Positions 51,175 to 64,000 of a stretch of 64,000 nt of DNA are shown here, in pieces. The notes below the pieces were generated by a model. That model had not been told where the DNA came from and searched no databases. It saw nothing but the letters and a program-made list of their open reading frames with translations. Origin of the DNA: Octopus sinensis (taxonomy: Eukaryota); the NCBI RefSeq assembly GCF_006345805.1, contig NC_043003.1, forward strand, positions 43,586,001 to 43,650,000, in the 5' to 3' direction. How positions within the stretch are numbered: the first letter of the stretch is position 1; each line of letters opens with the position of its first letter. The position numbers and the translations under genes are program-made.

Positions 51175-53835
51175 TTTTATTTCAGTTTCCGCTCGCAAAA
51201 CAGTGACCTCGGTATCTCCAAATGGTTCAGCATTTTTTTAAATCAATCTTGATAAGCAATCATCGTGTCCTAAGTTATTAGATGTTATATACTCCATCTT
51301 AAAATCATAGTTTAATAATATAGTACCCCAACGTTGCAGTATGTTAGCAGTGTAGGTAGTGATTCCTTTCTTCGACCCATATATTGATAATAACGGACGA
51401 TGATCAGTCTGCAGTCAAACATTTCTAATGTGTAAAAATGTATGGCAGAAACGAATGATAGAGCCCCTTTTCCGATTTGGCTGTGATTTTTCTCTGCTGT
51501 TATATCAGAGAAGGTGAGGCGTGAAACACTGCCTACATATTACCATCTTTATATTTATGTAACATTACTGCTCCACTCAGAGGCATCTGGAGCTACAACA
51601 ATCTCCGCTGCAGGATCGAAATGTGCTTACCACAGATCAGATGTTAATAAATTTAAAATTTTCAGGCCAATTTCACTTTACATCTTATTTTAATAGATTA
51701 TTTAATGGAAAACTTACCTTATGCATATTTGGAATATAAGTTTGATAATAGTTTGCCGGCCCCGAAAAAGCTTGGAAGGTAGATGTATTTATTGGAGAAG
51801 GAATAATTTAATTACCCTCGACCGATCTGGTCAACGTCCATCTCTGTCAATGATTTCCTAAATATTTTATTTTCGATAACCGTAATCTCTAATTTTTTGA
51901 ACACATATTTAACATGCTCTACGTGTCGGTCCCCTGACTCGCTTTTTATGAGTATATTATCCAGATACAGATTTGCTAATTCACAGTCCGCTAACATTGC
52001 ATCCATAATCTGTGACTTTTAAGCCAAATGGAAGCATGTTGTATTTATGCGGTTCTTTATGTGAGTCAATTGTTAGATATTTAGAGCATTCCTCGTCTAC
52101 GCCAATTTGTAGGTACGCGTCAGAGAGATCGAATTTAGGAAATATCTTGTTGCTGTTTCATTTCTCAAATATATCCACAGCAGTAGATGACAAATAGTAG
52201 GAAATTTTAAGACATTATTTTAAACCAGTGGAAAAATCAGCACACACACGCATTTTATTATTCTTTTGCATAGCGTACACAGTTAGGGATGTCCATAGAG
52301 TATATTCCACTTTTTGAATAACTCCAATTATTTTTACCTCTCTAACTCCAAGTTTATTAGTTACGATATGGCATTTTCTTATATTTGAATCTTCACGTTC
52401 GATTTTGTGCACAAACCTAATTCATCAGACAGAACTGCAGTAAAAATCTTTAATTTTCTAAAAAAATTCCTGATGACTTATATGCACTGGTGGGAAAAAA
52501 AGCATTCACATGTTCATAGAAAACATTTATAGAGAGATACCATAAGTCCAATATTTACACTCAGTCTGTTCTGAATAAATTTTTCGTATTATTGAACACA
52601 AACTTTGGATTTTAAGCTTTGCCCACGAAATGTAATGTCACCATTTTGCCCTTCAAATATTATTTTTCTCTCGAAACACCACATACCATTTTCGAAGTCT
52701 CTTTTCATGTAAGTCTCCTGATTTTTTTCCATGCATCTGCGTTAATTATCGAGACAACACTGCCGTATCCAATTTTAACTTTACGTTTAGTTGTTTATCT
52801 TTCCATCCACAAATTTCCTTTGAGGTTCGTTCGGATTTCTTATCACCTATAGCCTCTTTACGTGATTTTTTCTTGAACTATTTTTTAGGCTTCGTTTTAC
52901 ACAGTGATCTTTTTTCTGACTTATTTACAACCCTTGAAGTATTTTATATTTTTAAACGGAGTGTTGCTTCTAAAATGTAGACCAGCGCACCCATAATATG
53001 GATTCGACCTTGACACGTTTTTCTCATTTTTCATATCCGTTACCAGTCGACACGCATGAATATGAGAGCAATCTCTTTGTGCCATTTTATCTGTGTCATG
53101 TCTTAGATTTATAATCTATTTGGTATTCGTTTGTTACTGCCTGCAGAGATAACTTTTGATCTTGTTCTAATGTCAATAATATAAGCCCTTGTTGAAAAAT
53201 TAGACATTTGGACATGTGTGGGCTAAATTCATTCAATTTAAATTTTTCACACTTTCTGTTAACAACTCCGGCATATGTAACGAAATGTTCCTCTTTTTTG
53301 ACCAACGACTACCAACGATTTTTGAACATTATTGAACAGGGACTTCCTGTCACTAAATAATTTCGATTAGCTATTAATTGATTCTTCCAAAGAAATCTTA
53401 CATGGTTTCTTTGCCAGAATATAAATACTATATTTTTTGTGATCGGCAGGGGATACTTTTCTTAAAAGCAGCCATACTTTTTTCTCATTAGAAAATTTTT
53501 ACATTCTTCTTTGAATATTTCTTCGAATGTGCGAAAATATTTAGAGGAGGGAAATTTCTTCTGGGTTATAGCTGAATTCTTCCATTGAATTTGCTGCACT
53601 GTCTGGCGAGCACGAACCTGGAGTATTTTCAGACTTCTTCAGCATTAATTCTGTTAATAACTGTTGATGTTGTTGTAGTTGCTGTGTTGCTGTTACTACT
53701 GTTGTTCCGGCTCTAGCTGTTGGAACTGCATCACCGAGACTAATAGGTCTTCCATGCTAAAACAGTTTTTTGCTTACTTTCGTACCAAAAAAACAATTGT
53801 AAATGGCCAACGCCTCGAACAACTCGTCACCACTT
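51175..53835 (-). mobile_element. Ty3/Gypsy LTR retrotransposon remnant (gag, RT and RNase H pieces; K02A2.6-like)
   Basis: Gag ATG at 53755 with FVTYAGVVNRKCEKFKL..KCLIF.QGL; RT KNNKMRVCADFSTGL and MDAMLAD..LYLDNILIKS; RNase H LQTDHRPLLSIYGSKKG..LQRWGTILLNYDF. A PBS-like TGGTGACGAG lies at 53832-53823. No paired LTRs are seen. Confidence 0.85.
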
Positions 53836-54029
53836 TTATATCCTGAATTTTGAATATATAATTTAACGAAGCATGGAAGACGGACACGACGTAATACGAT
53901 TACTGTTACACGAGAGTCAACGCTCTTAATCAACGGCTCACAATGAACAGCTTGCTCCATTTCTCATAGTCCTTCATTTTATAGCAATGTGTTTGTCCAC
54001 TTTCATTCTCATGGAGGTGGACGGAATCC

Positions 54030-54589
54030 TTCCACAACATTAGTACATGCATAATAAGGGTGTACCAGTACTGAAATATCAACATCATGGACTGAAATTA
54101 TATCGTTAAGTGTAATCCGGATTTTACCAATTCCTTCCAGGTGTAAGTTATAGTTGGGAATTTTTGGAAGAGTGTTACTTTAATCCATTATTGGTTTCGC
54201 TCTTAGTAGTTGTTTCATGACTTGAATTTTTTAGATCAGTTACATCATTTATATATCACTTTCAGCATCTATTTCATTTTCCTCTCCTTTAATATGTATG
54301 GCAGGTTAAGGATATATCACACTTTGCTTCTCAGTTACATTTGACTCTTCATTAGTATTTTATTTAGTTTCATCTTCGCTCCATGTATCACTTACTAATT
54401 GTCCAATCTGAACATTCTCTATATCAGTCAATGATTCCGTTTTTATATTGTTTCTTCTGATGTTGGCAAGTTAGTGACCATCCTATTTCAGTAAACGTCT
54501 CTGTCTCCAAGTTAGGTAGGTTTGCACAGTATGGATTTATTTATGGAGAAGTACATGGTATGATAGAAGGCCTTAAGAAGTTTATTACC

Positions 54590-54590
<1 letters not shown>
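54030..54590 (-). mobile_element. Probable R4/Dong-like N-terminal region remnant downstream of a (TAA)n array
   Basis: TYLTWRQR...LANIRRNNIKTESLTDIE followed by an acidic stretch resembles the N-terminus of R4-clade ORFs as I recall it. There are many stops. Confidence 0.4.
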
Positions 54591-54591
<1 letters not shown>

Positions 54592-54634
<43 letters not shown>

Positions 54635-54687
54635 CATCATTATTATTATTATTATTATTAATATTATTATTATTATTATTATTATTA

Positions 54688-54727
<40 letters not shown>

Positions 54728-54770
54728 TATTATTATTATTATTATTAGTAGTAGTAGTAGTAGTAGTAGT
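54592..54770. repeat. (TTA)n/(TAG)n compound microsatellite
   Basis: Direct reading. Confidence 0.95.
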
Positions 54771-57181
54771 CTATTAAGATTATCATTAGTTTGGAGAAAA
54801 TGTCTTGCAGCAGTTCTTTCTGTAAGAGGTATAATGTTTAAATGACTACTTTGTTTTTCATCGTACTGTAGTCGACACAATAGTGCACCAATCAAGTTCT
54901 AATCCCCTCTCCTCAAAATTCTCATTATTCAATCTCAACTGGAGACTATTATTATTTCTGTTATCATTGAATGTAGCCACATTTAAAGAAACATTGCTTA
55001 TTTTTCGATCAATGTTATTACGTAACTTCCTTTGTATGAAAAATACCATGTATCATAATATTTGTGATTACCATCACATTCTTTACAGTTGCAGGGAGTA
55101 GAGAATATTCATTACATAGTTAGGTCTAACATGGCAAACATTCTTAAGTAGTTTCATCAATACCTTTCAAATAGACTGTCAGTAAATGCACATTATTTCT
55201 TTGCTTTTTTAAAAAGAGACAAATGGTTATTGTGTCATTATTGAAGTGAATATTTATCCAGCTCTGAATCCAATAATGAAATACTTCCGATGTGACATTA
55301 TTTTGTTCAATGAGATATGAAATGAGATACATGCAGTTGTTCAAATATCTAAACTTAAATTTAAACAAACAATTTCTAATGATACAAACCTGCGCCGAAT
55401 GAAAATGAGTTGGATTTCAAATGATTTTGCAGATTTTATTTTCCTACAGATTTAGCTTGATGGTACCTGTGTTATCAAAAAGAAGGTTCACATTTGTTTG
55501 TTTGAGTATGAATGAATATCAGAACATACCTGTTTATTTATTTCTGTAAAGAAAAGTAATAAAATAAGATCGGTATCCGACACTAATGGTCATGTCTTGT
55601 ACAGCACTGCTAATACACACGCTTCTCGTACATTTGAATTAATAAAGTAGCCTTGGACGTCAAACTGCGAAATTAGAAGATCAAAAATCACAGAAAACCA
55701 TACTAGTCCCTGAAAGACTAAATAAACATCGTTATTTATAGTATTGATATACACAAGGGTTATTAATATAAAATGGTAAGCAGATTTTTTCTAAATATTT
55801 CAAGTTAGAACTTGTTTCGAAATCCTCTTAAGAAGGGATCAGTAATACATAATTTAAGGTCCACATTATATTGAAGCTAAATGAATTAGAAAAATACAGT
55901 TATACCTACCACTTTATGAATAATGAAAAACACATCCTTAGTCCACATGCTATTATCTTAAAATGTGATCTCACTGCCTAAACTAGACCTTAATTAACTG
56001 AAAAGAGAGATTTTCGTTGATAGAGAGTCAATATACATCTAGCATCACGTTTAAAGTAACCCAGTGCTAAGTATGAATGCGAAGACACGAACATCTTAAG
56101 CTGCGTCTAAATACAATATAAATACAACTTCAATTATAAAACTACTGCTTACGAAAAAGCTATAGAAATAAGTTTTATAAAGGCAAGTAACTGTTTCTTT
56201 CTGTCTTATTTGAAGCTAGAAGCAAGTAGTAAAAATTCTGATATTCTCACCAATCATGTTGTGAAGCGAATCACACTAGTAACACGCTTCGAAATATTCT
56301 ACAATCACCTGCCATATCTCTCTCACATGACACTGTGTCGAGCGTGGCACCCTAACTCTCAGGAGCTGTAGAAATGTTGAATGTTCTCACTCTCATTGGT
56401 TTTATTAAAATTATCAAGATGTTATGCACCAATGTATTATTTTTAATTGCAGCGAATATACAATGGGCAAGGTATTTATTTCTGCAGATGAAAATATGAA
56501 CATTTGAGTACTTTCTTCACAAGAGCCACAGGATAAATCTACAACAATAGATCATCATACGCAGACTCAGACACATGCATACAATATATGTATGTGTGTG
56601 TATGTAAAAATATATGCATATACATATATGCGGAGAGGAAGAAAGAGAGAAGTGTGTATGTATGTGTGTGTGCGTGGGCGGGTGGGTGCGTGCGTGTGTT
56701 TAATAACAGTATATCAGGAACAGCTTTAGTTTAATAAGATACGCATATATGTCTGTTTGTGTATATATACATATACATATATTCCCACATATGTGTGTGT
56801 GCGTATTCGCGTACATGTGTGTTCATGTGTGTCCGTGCGTGTGTGTTTGTCTGTGTGTGTATGTGTATATATATATATATATATATATTGAAAAACAGAG
56901 AAATGAGAGATACATTGCACCTGCCTCTGTCTTTTCTACGCCGTCAAATTATAACTCCTACACTCACATCCTATACCTAAACGCCTTATCCTAGTTTCCA
57001 CAATTACGACTAGGGTTACTTTTCACTCGTAAAACCTCGACCTGTGTTTTTCGATTACAAAGGATACATATCGCGCGGGAGTCAGTTTTCCAGTCACATC
57101 GAAAAGATAAGCGATTTTGCAAAAGGGCATACAAAAGTCACTTACACGAAAGGGACAATGTTAGATTTCTGAACGCTACAA

Positions 57182-57308
57182 AGAAAGAAAGAAGAAGAAG
57201 AAGAAGAAGAAGAAGAAGAAGAAGAAGAAGAAGAAGAAGAAGAAGAACAACAACAACAACAACAGCAACAGCAAAAACAAAAACAACAACAACAACACAA
57301 CAACAACA

Positions 57309-57374
<66 letters not shown>

Positions 57375-57406
57375 CAACAACAACAACACAACAACAACAA
57401 CAACAA
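57182..57406. repeat. (AAG)n/(AAC)n/(GAC)n compound microsatellite
   Basis: Direct reading. Confidence 0.95.
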
Positions 57407-58305
57407 TAGGAAGGAAAAGAACATTTCAAAGAAAAGATAATAATATCTACAGGGTGTGCGAAGTATTTTGTGCTTGGAATATAACTTCTAATTGAAAGCA
57501 ATATTCAGAAACAAGAGGTGAGGACTAATATCAAAGACGAATACAAGAATGGGAATAAATGTAAAAATTATATATTAAATAAAGCTAATTACAGAAATAG
57601 TTGTCAGTTTCCGTCTACAGGCAAAGAGTAGGACTTCAACAGAGCAGAATTTATATGTGCTGTTATCAGCAATATTGTTCACGTCATCAAAATAATTTCA
57701 AAGATAAAGAAAAACTTCATTTTCAATATCTATGCAATCTCTAAAGGAAAATCGTTCAACTAAAGTATTTTATATGTTTAAACAACCATACATCACAGAC
57801 ACACAAACATATACACACACATACAATAAAATACACATAAAACATATAGCGCCAGTCTGATAAATAATTTATTGATTTCTACACTGGAGAGTTAAATGTG
57901 ATGTGTTAGAAACTGCATTTCTCTCGATACGAATGGTTTGGAAATGTTAATCAAACAAGAAGACAAAACAAGGAATCGCCCCTAATAATTCTACTGACAT
58001 TTTTGAATATACGCCAATTTTCAAAGTAAGATTTATTTCCCAAATAACACACGACTCTCGAAAATATTCTTTACAACAATATTAGTTGAACTATAAAACT
58101 TGCTATCTGCAACAATGCTGTCTAACTTTAAACTTTAGAGTGTAACATACCATGACGAAACACTTTGTATTGTTCAATAAAAAAAATGTGTTGTATATTC
58201 TCACTACCCATAACATAGAGATATTGATGCACAAACGTTAACAGATATATTCGCATGCACACATACATACGTACATACATGTATATATATATATATGTAT
58301 GTGTG

Positions 58306-58349
<44 letters not shown>

Positions 58350-58934
58350 CGTATGTATATCAGCATTTGTCTCTATATGTATGTATATATATGCGTATGT
58401 GTATACCTATACATACACACACACACACACGTATTGTGTGCATGCATGTATGCAGATGTATATTGGTAAATTTGTATATATGCATAAGTATCTATATATG
58501 TGTGCATCAATTTCTTTATATAAATACTTACATATATACTTATGTATAGATGTCTACATAGGTGTATGTATCGAAATATACTAATTGATAAATACATTTG
58601 CAGATACAATCATATATATATATATGCATACATACACACCATACATAATCAAAAACTAGCACACTAGCACACACAGACATGAAACACTTTTGCAACCAAA
58701 CACACACACGCACACACGCACGCATATACACACACAGAGGTATAGATATCTAAATGTTATGTATATATGGCGTACGCCCACAAACTGAATTCATTTAACT
58801 GGCAATTCACAGCCGGTTACCTGCCGGCTAAGTAACAGAACGTGGAGATCTAGCTTTAAAGCATTAACCGGATGTACAGCAGTAGAATGCTTGGCTGATT
58901 GCCTCTTTAAATTGCCTATTACATACACAGTCAT

Positions 58935-58974
<40 letters not shown>

Positions 58975-59019
58975 CACTACTACTAAGGCTGCTGCTGCTG
59001 CCGCTACCGCTACTACTAC

Positions 59020-59051
<32 letters not shown>

Positions 59052-61262
59052 TCCAACGTAGATATGTGATTGGTTAGCAAGAGCTATTACTTACCTACTC
59101 TCGAAAAATAATGAAACCAAATCTCCCCAGAACTATCGGCCCATAACATGTCTATCTACCACGTATAAAATTTTAACGTCCATTCTCGTGGAGAAAACAT
59201 ACGAATTTATGGAACAGAACGATATTTTCCCCACTAAACAAATAGGGAGCCAACGCACTAAACAAAAAGGAAGGCTCATATGCATGCAAAGACCAACTCT
59301 TAATCAAATGCATGATCCTTGAGAACTGTGATAACAAACGCAGAAATCTCAGTTCTGCATGGTTTGGTTGTAAAAAGGCTTTCGACGGCCAGCATACCGC
59401 ATTCATGGATCTTGAAATCGCTGGACATCTTCAAACTTTCTCCTGTGATTTCAAACTTCGAATCTCCAACGATACCACTCTAATGGAGTAGTGACCACAA
59501 AAAATATTAGTATCAACAGCGGTGTTTTCCAAAGTGGTTTTACTTTCACCTTTAAATTTCTGCTTAGCCCTAATACTTCTTACAAGTGAACTTAACAGAA
59601 CAGGGTATGGATATGAAATTGGTGACAAGAATATAAGTCATTTATTTTATGTGGATGATTTAAAACTCTATGGCAAAGACGATAATGTGCTTGAAGGACT
59701 GTTATGTACCGTGAAAACATTCAGTGATGATACTGGGGTGGAATTTGGGCTTCATAAATGTATCAAGGCCACTTTACACTTTCAATGGAGTTGGATGTTG
59801 ACAGAGTCATAAATGAACTCGAGAAGCAACAAACTTATAAGTGCCTCGGAGTAAATGTGTGTTCTGGTATTCAGCATGGAAGTATGAACGAGAAGATCAG
59901 GAAGGAGTGTTTCAAGACAGTTCGAGCAGTCCTAAAATCCGAGTTAAATAGACGTAACTAGTTATTAGCTATAATTTCCATAGCAATTCCGGTTGTTATT
60001 TACAATTTCAATGTGTTGAACTACAATATCAGCGAAATAAGGAAGATTATATTCCAAAGCTGCTTACTTCAAATAAGATGCGTCACCCAAAGGCAGACGC
60101 CGATCGCCTTTGCCTACCAAGAGCTCAAGGAGGTCGAGGCTTGATCCAATTTAAAATCTCCTACAAAGCCATCTCAGTTGAACTGGCAAAATATCATAAA
60201 ACATCTAACGACTGGATGCTAAAGCTCTTTGAAAACCATGAAAGACGTAAGGAGGGCAAAAACTTTCAAATGAGCTCATGCATAATACCCAGGTTGAACA
60301 GCATGTGGAAAGTGCAGCAACTGTAGTTTCAAAGATTTGGCCTATAGCAAACAAGGTGATGTAGCTACGGAGCCCAGAGCTAAAGGCAGAGGGTGAAAGC
60401 TTTATCTTGGCTACCCAAGATTAAAGCTTATTGATCCGGAACTATCAAGCCATGTGATGAATCTGGTGTAGATCAAAAGTGCTGATACTACAACGATAAT
60501 ATAGAAACAGTCAATCACCTAATCTCTGGGTGTAAGATTTTAGCACCTGTAGAGTATAAATCAAGATATGAGAAGTTGGCCAATACCTAGATTGGATAAT
60601 GTTTCGGCATTATAAAATCAAAACTGCTGTCAAATGGTACAATCACCACTCTGAGGCTGTAACTGAGGGAGAAAATATAACTATTCTTTGGGACTTCCCA
60701 GTATGTACAGACAGGACCATCAAAACCAACAACTAGGTATTTCTATGAAAGACAAAAACAATAAAGCCTGTTTATTGATTGACATGAGCATACCCTATGA
60801 CCATAATACCTCGGCAAAAGAATTTGATAAACTCAGAAAATATAAAGATCTGCTAATCGAAATGGGATAAAAATGGCATCTCTAGACGGTTACAATACCA
60901 GAGATTGCAGGAGCACTTGGAAAGATCAAAAAATGAACTGAAAAATATTTAAGACTGATCCCTGATTTAACATCCATAGTGGAAGTGCAAAAGATTGTCT
61001 TACTTTGTACGTCACACGTACTGAGAAGCGTATTGTCGCTGTGAATGTTGTTTCTCTTATTCCCTTTTATTTTCGCTCTTTACTTATTTTATTTCTTTAT
61101 ATTTTCTCTTTGTCCTTCGTTCCCCTTTTCCATGTCACATAACTTTGTAAATGGACAATTTGGTGTGTTTATTTTAATGGCCTACCAATGTATATGGTGC
61201 GTTTCTTTGCTCCAGATGTCAGGAAGACACTCGGCAGGAAATGGAAAGAGAATGTAAAGAAG
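59052..61262 (+). mobile_element. R4/Dong-like LINE covering RT to endonuclease, old and multiply disrupted, between TAA-rich tracts
   Basis: NYRPITCLSTTYKILTSIL, CKDQLLI, SHLFYVDDLKLYGK, HPKADADRLCLPRAQGGRGL, LWDFP, CLLIDMSIP...KLRKYKDL; stop at 61042-44. Preceded by (AAT)n at 59021-59051 and followed by a TAA-rich tract at 61266-61290. Confidence 0.85.
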
Positions 61263-61321
61263 ATGATAATGAAATAATAATAATAACATTAAAATTAATA
61301 CTCATGATGAAGATTTTAAGT

Positions 61322-61553
61322 ATTGGCACAAGGTCAGCAATTTCAGGGAAGTTTGAATAGTCGATTACATCAACACCAGTGTATAAGTGGTACTTATTTT
61401 ATCGACCCCAGTACTGAACTGGTACTTATCGACCTAGAAATGATGAAAGGCAGAGTCAACGTCGGAAGAATCTCAACTTAGAATGTAAAGACGGACAAAA
61501 TGCCATTAAGTACTTTGTCTGGCGTGTTCACGATTATACTAGTTCTCCGCCTT
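61322..61553 (-). mobile_element. tRNA-derived SINE, near full length
   Basis: Minus strand AAGGCGGAGAAC...TCTAAGTTGAGATTC...GACTCTGCCTTTCATC...GGTCGATAA, homologous to the 32.5-kb and 34.7-kb copies. It has a short internal duplication of TGGTACTTA..TCGACC. Confidence 0.75.
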
Positions 61554-61579
61554 AGAAATAATGATGATGATGATGATGA

Positions 61580-61651
<72 letters not shown>

Positions 61652-61689
61652 ATATAATAATAAAATTAAACAACAACAATAGCAGAAAC

Positions 61690-62837
61690 TAACCAACTCG
61701 ATCACACTAAACGAAAGACAATGAAAATATATAGTACCCACCAACTAAAGGCAGATAAACACAGGCTCTACATGACAAGGGGTAAAGGTGGACGTGGGCT
61801 GATTTGAGTAGAGGAGTGCATCAACAATGAAAGATGAAATATGGCAGAATATTTGGTAAACAGCAAACAAAATCTGCTTGAATATGCTGCTAATCAAGAA
61901 GGATTTAACAAAAATGTACTTGAGATTGCTCATAAATACAGATCGATAACAGCCAATGAGAGAGAGGAAACCCCTCCCCGAATGGAATTACACGCTCAGT
62001 TCCACTGTGAAACCATCAAAGTAAAAGACCAGGAAGCATCTTTGGAAATGGCTCCAGAAGATTGACATAAAAAAAGAATACTGTAAGCCTAATCATTGCG
62101 GCCCAGGATCAGACATTGAATACCAACTCAGTGAAAAGGCATATATACCACACAGATACATCGGACCTCTGCAGAATGTGTGTGAAGGGGTACGAAAAAG
62201 CGTGACTCACATTGTGAGTGTTTGTGAAAGTCTTGCGCAGAAAGAGTACAAGCGTAAACACGATAAGGTAGCCCAAAACCTCCACTGGCCACTATACCAT
62301 AAGTGTGGATATGAGGTTACGGGTGCTTGGTGCCAACATACACCGGAATAGGCAACGTGTGAAAAGGGAGGGAAAAAATTTTTGACTTTGACATCCGGAC
62401 AGATATGGTGTTCTAGCACCAAAGACCGGATATAGTAACATTTAGGAGGGACAGAGAAAAGTGCGTACTAATTGACGTAGCAGCACTAGGAGATCAACAT
62501 ATCATCATGGAAGAAGGAAAAGGTTGATAAATATGGAGACCTGCGAAATGAGATCAATAAGATGTGGAAGCTACGAGAGTCAAACGTAAAATTTATCTCT
62601 ATTGTCATCGGAGCATTGGGTTCAATATCACCCAATCTGAAAAAAAAAGAGAAACATCTGAAAACATTAGAAATACCCTAGAATCTAGTGTATTTCAAAA
62701 GTCGGCATTGCTTGGAACCGCATGCATATTGAGTAAAGTACTGTCTGTCTGAAGTACTTGTGATTTGACTGAGTGTACTAACACCGATAGACACAATCAA
62801 TAACCTCACGGTGTACTGTGTACTGTGTAACGTCTAC
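61690..62837 (+). mobile_element. R4/Dong-like LINE 3' fragment with a short (AAT)n tail
   Basis: KADKHRLYMTRGKGGRGL, IIAAQDQTLNTN, LCRMC...THIVSVC, KEYKRKHDKVAQNLHW, RPDIV...CVLIDVA, KVDKYGDL, IVIGALG, LGTACILSKVL* (stop 62750-52). The tail AATAATAATA is at 62838-47. Confidence 0.85.
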
Positions 62838-63369
62838 AATAATAATATTGAAGATTATAAATACCTTGATGCAATACCGGACTGTGGGACGATAACATCT
62901 ACAATCATATAGCAGTGAATGAGTGAGTGAGTGATCACAAAAAGATTACAAGCTGCATCATAACTATTTCTGTTATTGTGAGCCAACCTTTCGGGTTCGA
63001 TGTAAGAGGTAAATTTCTGATAACGTGTTGTGAATGTGATGGTGAATGAAAATTACATAATTTTATGAGACTTCTCCTTACAATCTGTCCCTGCTATTGA
63101 AAACTTAATAAGTTATGTTTAATATTATTATTATAATATATTACTTTCATTTGGCCTCTTCCTTCATTTTAAGATATATGCTCTTCGGAAATTTCGCGAT
63201 TGCATCACATCAAGTCTATTTTGCAATAAACATTAAGTTATGACAAAACTCATAATTATTCAGTCTTCTGATTAGGGCTGTCGGTTATCATGGCTTATAA
63301 GTGACCCCTACTAATAGGACACGAATTTATGGGAGGATTAACGGTCAACAGATTGTAGCACATATTTCC

Positions 63370-63460
63370 AGCTGGATAGTCTGGAGCAACACGAAATTAA
63401 TTGTTTTGCTTCAGAAACATACCACGTGGGTTTGGAAGCAAAACCGCAACCTTTTGCGAA
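63370..63460 (-). mobile_element. Possible decayed SINE fragment
   Basis: GGAGCAACACGAAATTAATTGTTTTGCTTCAG resembles a mollusc SINE central domain as I recall it; unverified. Confidence 0.3.
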
Positions 63461-64000
63461 CCTGAACACCACAGAAATTCTTCGAATTCCACATGTTGAT
63501 AGTTCAATGTATATAAGATTTTCTGTGACGGCTTACGCTTAGCGTAGTATTAATACAGATTTCTCCGATACAAATACTCTGGAATGCTGCTCTCAAATGT
63601 AACGGAATATCAGTCGCAAAGACATCCTTAATAAGTCCGTCATCGTGTATATATTAATGTGTGTATTTCAAGAGCATGCTAAATCATAGACAAGACGATA
63701 ATGTAAAGCTGAATGTTATAGAGCGTAGACGACAATATAGCATGTAAAGCCGAAATCTGAATTTTGTGATGAATTGGAGGTCCAAATTCAGCCAACAGAA
63801 TTAGGTTAAAAATGAAAATCTTACAACTATTTCATCCTTATTAACAATAAAGTGACACGCAATAAAATTGTCGACAAGTTGTTCGCAGGAACTCCAATGC
63901 TGAGTTCAAAATTAAGTCTGTAACATATAATGATGCTTTTCATTGCTTTATTAGCTTTTCAGTGTAAAATCGATATATAAGCGATGCTACGTTGTATTGA

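Noticed and set aside
54858-55368. Two short minus-strand ORFs (54858-55049 and 55144-55368)
   Set aside because: No motifs are recognised, frames are discontinuous, and such lengths are expected by chance.
57139-57180. 30-nt minus-strand micro-exon between a TAG acceptor and a GTAAGT donor
   Set aside because: The pyrimidine tract is just the (CTT)n microsatellite and there is no supporting neighbouring exon.
57447-57460. TACAGGGTG matching the maT-like TIR end at 30847
   Set aside because: Only about 9 bp match, with no partner TIR or transposase sequence nearby.

Overview
AT-rich eukaryotic DNA saturated with (TA)n, (CA)n, (TAA)n, (ACT)n and (GATA)n microsatellites. The interspersed repeats resemble ones I recall from Octopus genomes (inference, not verified). 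I cannot confidently identify any host gene, rRNA, true tRNA or CRISPR array, and most ORFs in the track are microsatellite translations. The window is a layered deposit of mobile elements: two head-to-tail Helitrons (one with an open PIF1-type helicase frame), six or seven R4/Dong-like restriction-endonuclease LINE fragments (most abutting (TAA)n), a Penelope-like GIY-YIG remnant, two CR1-group LINEs, mariner and maT-like transposase remnants, a Ty3/Gypsy remnant and several SINEs. The most notable unexplained structures are a 2.3-kb element with about 660-bp inverted arms and no visible transposase (37041-39371), two Penelope-linked minimal hammerhead ribozyme motifs plus a degenerate third, a SINE-derived foldback whose (TAA)n tail received an R4/Dong insertion, a 430-bp palindrome, and a G:U-rich pre-miRNA-like hairpin. 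All alignments and folds were done by eye.
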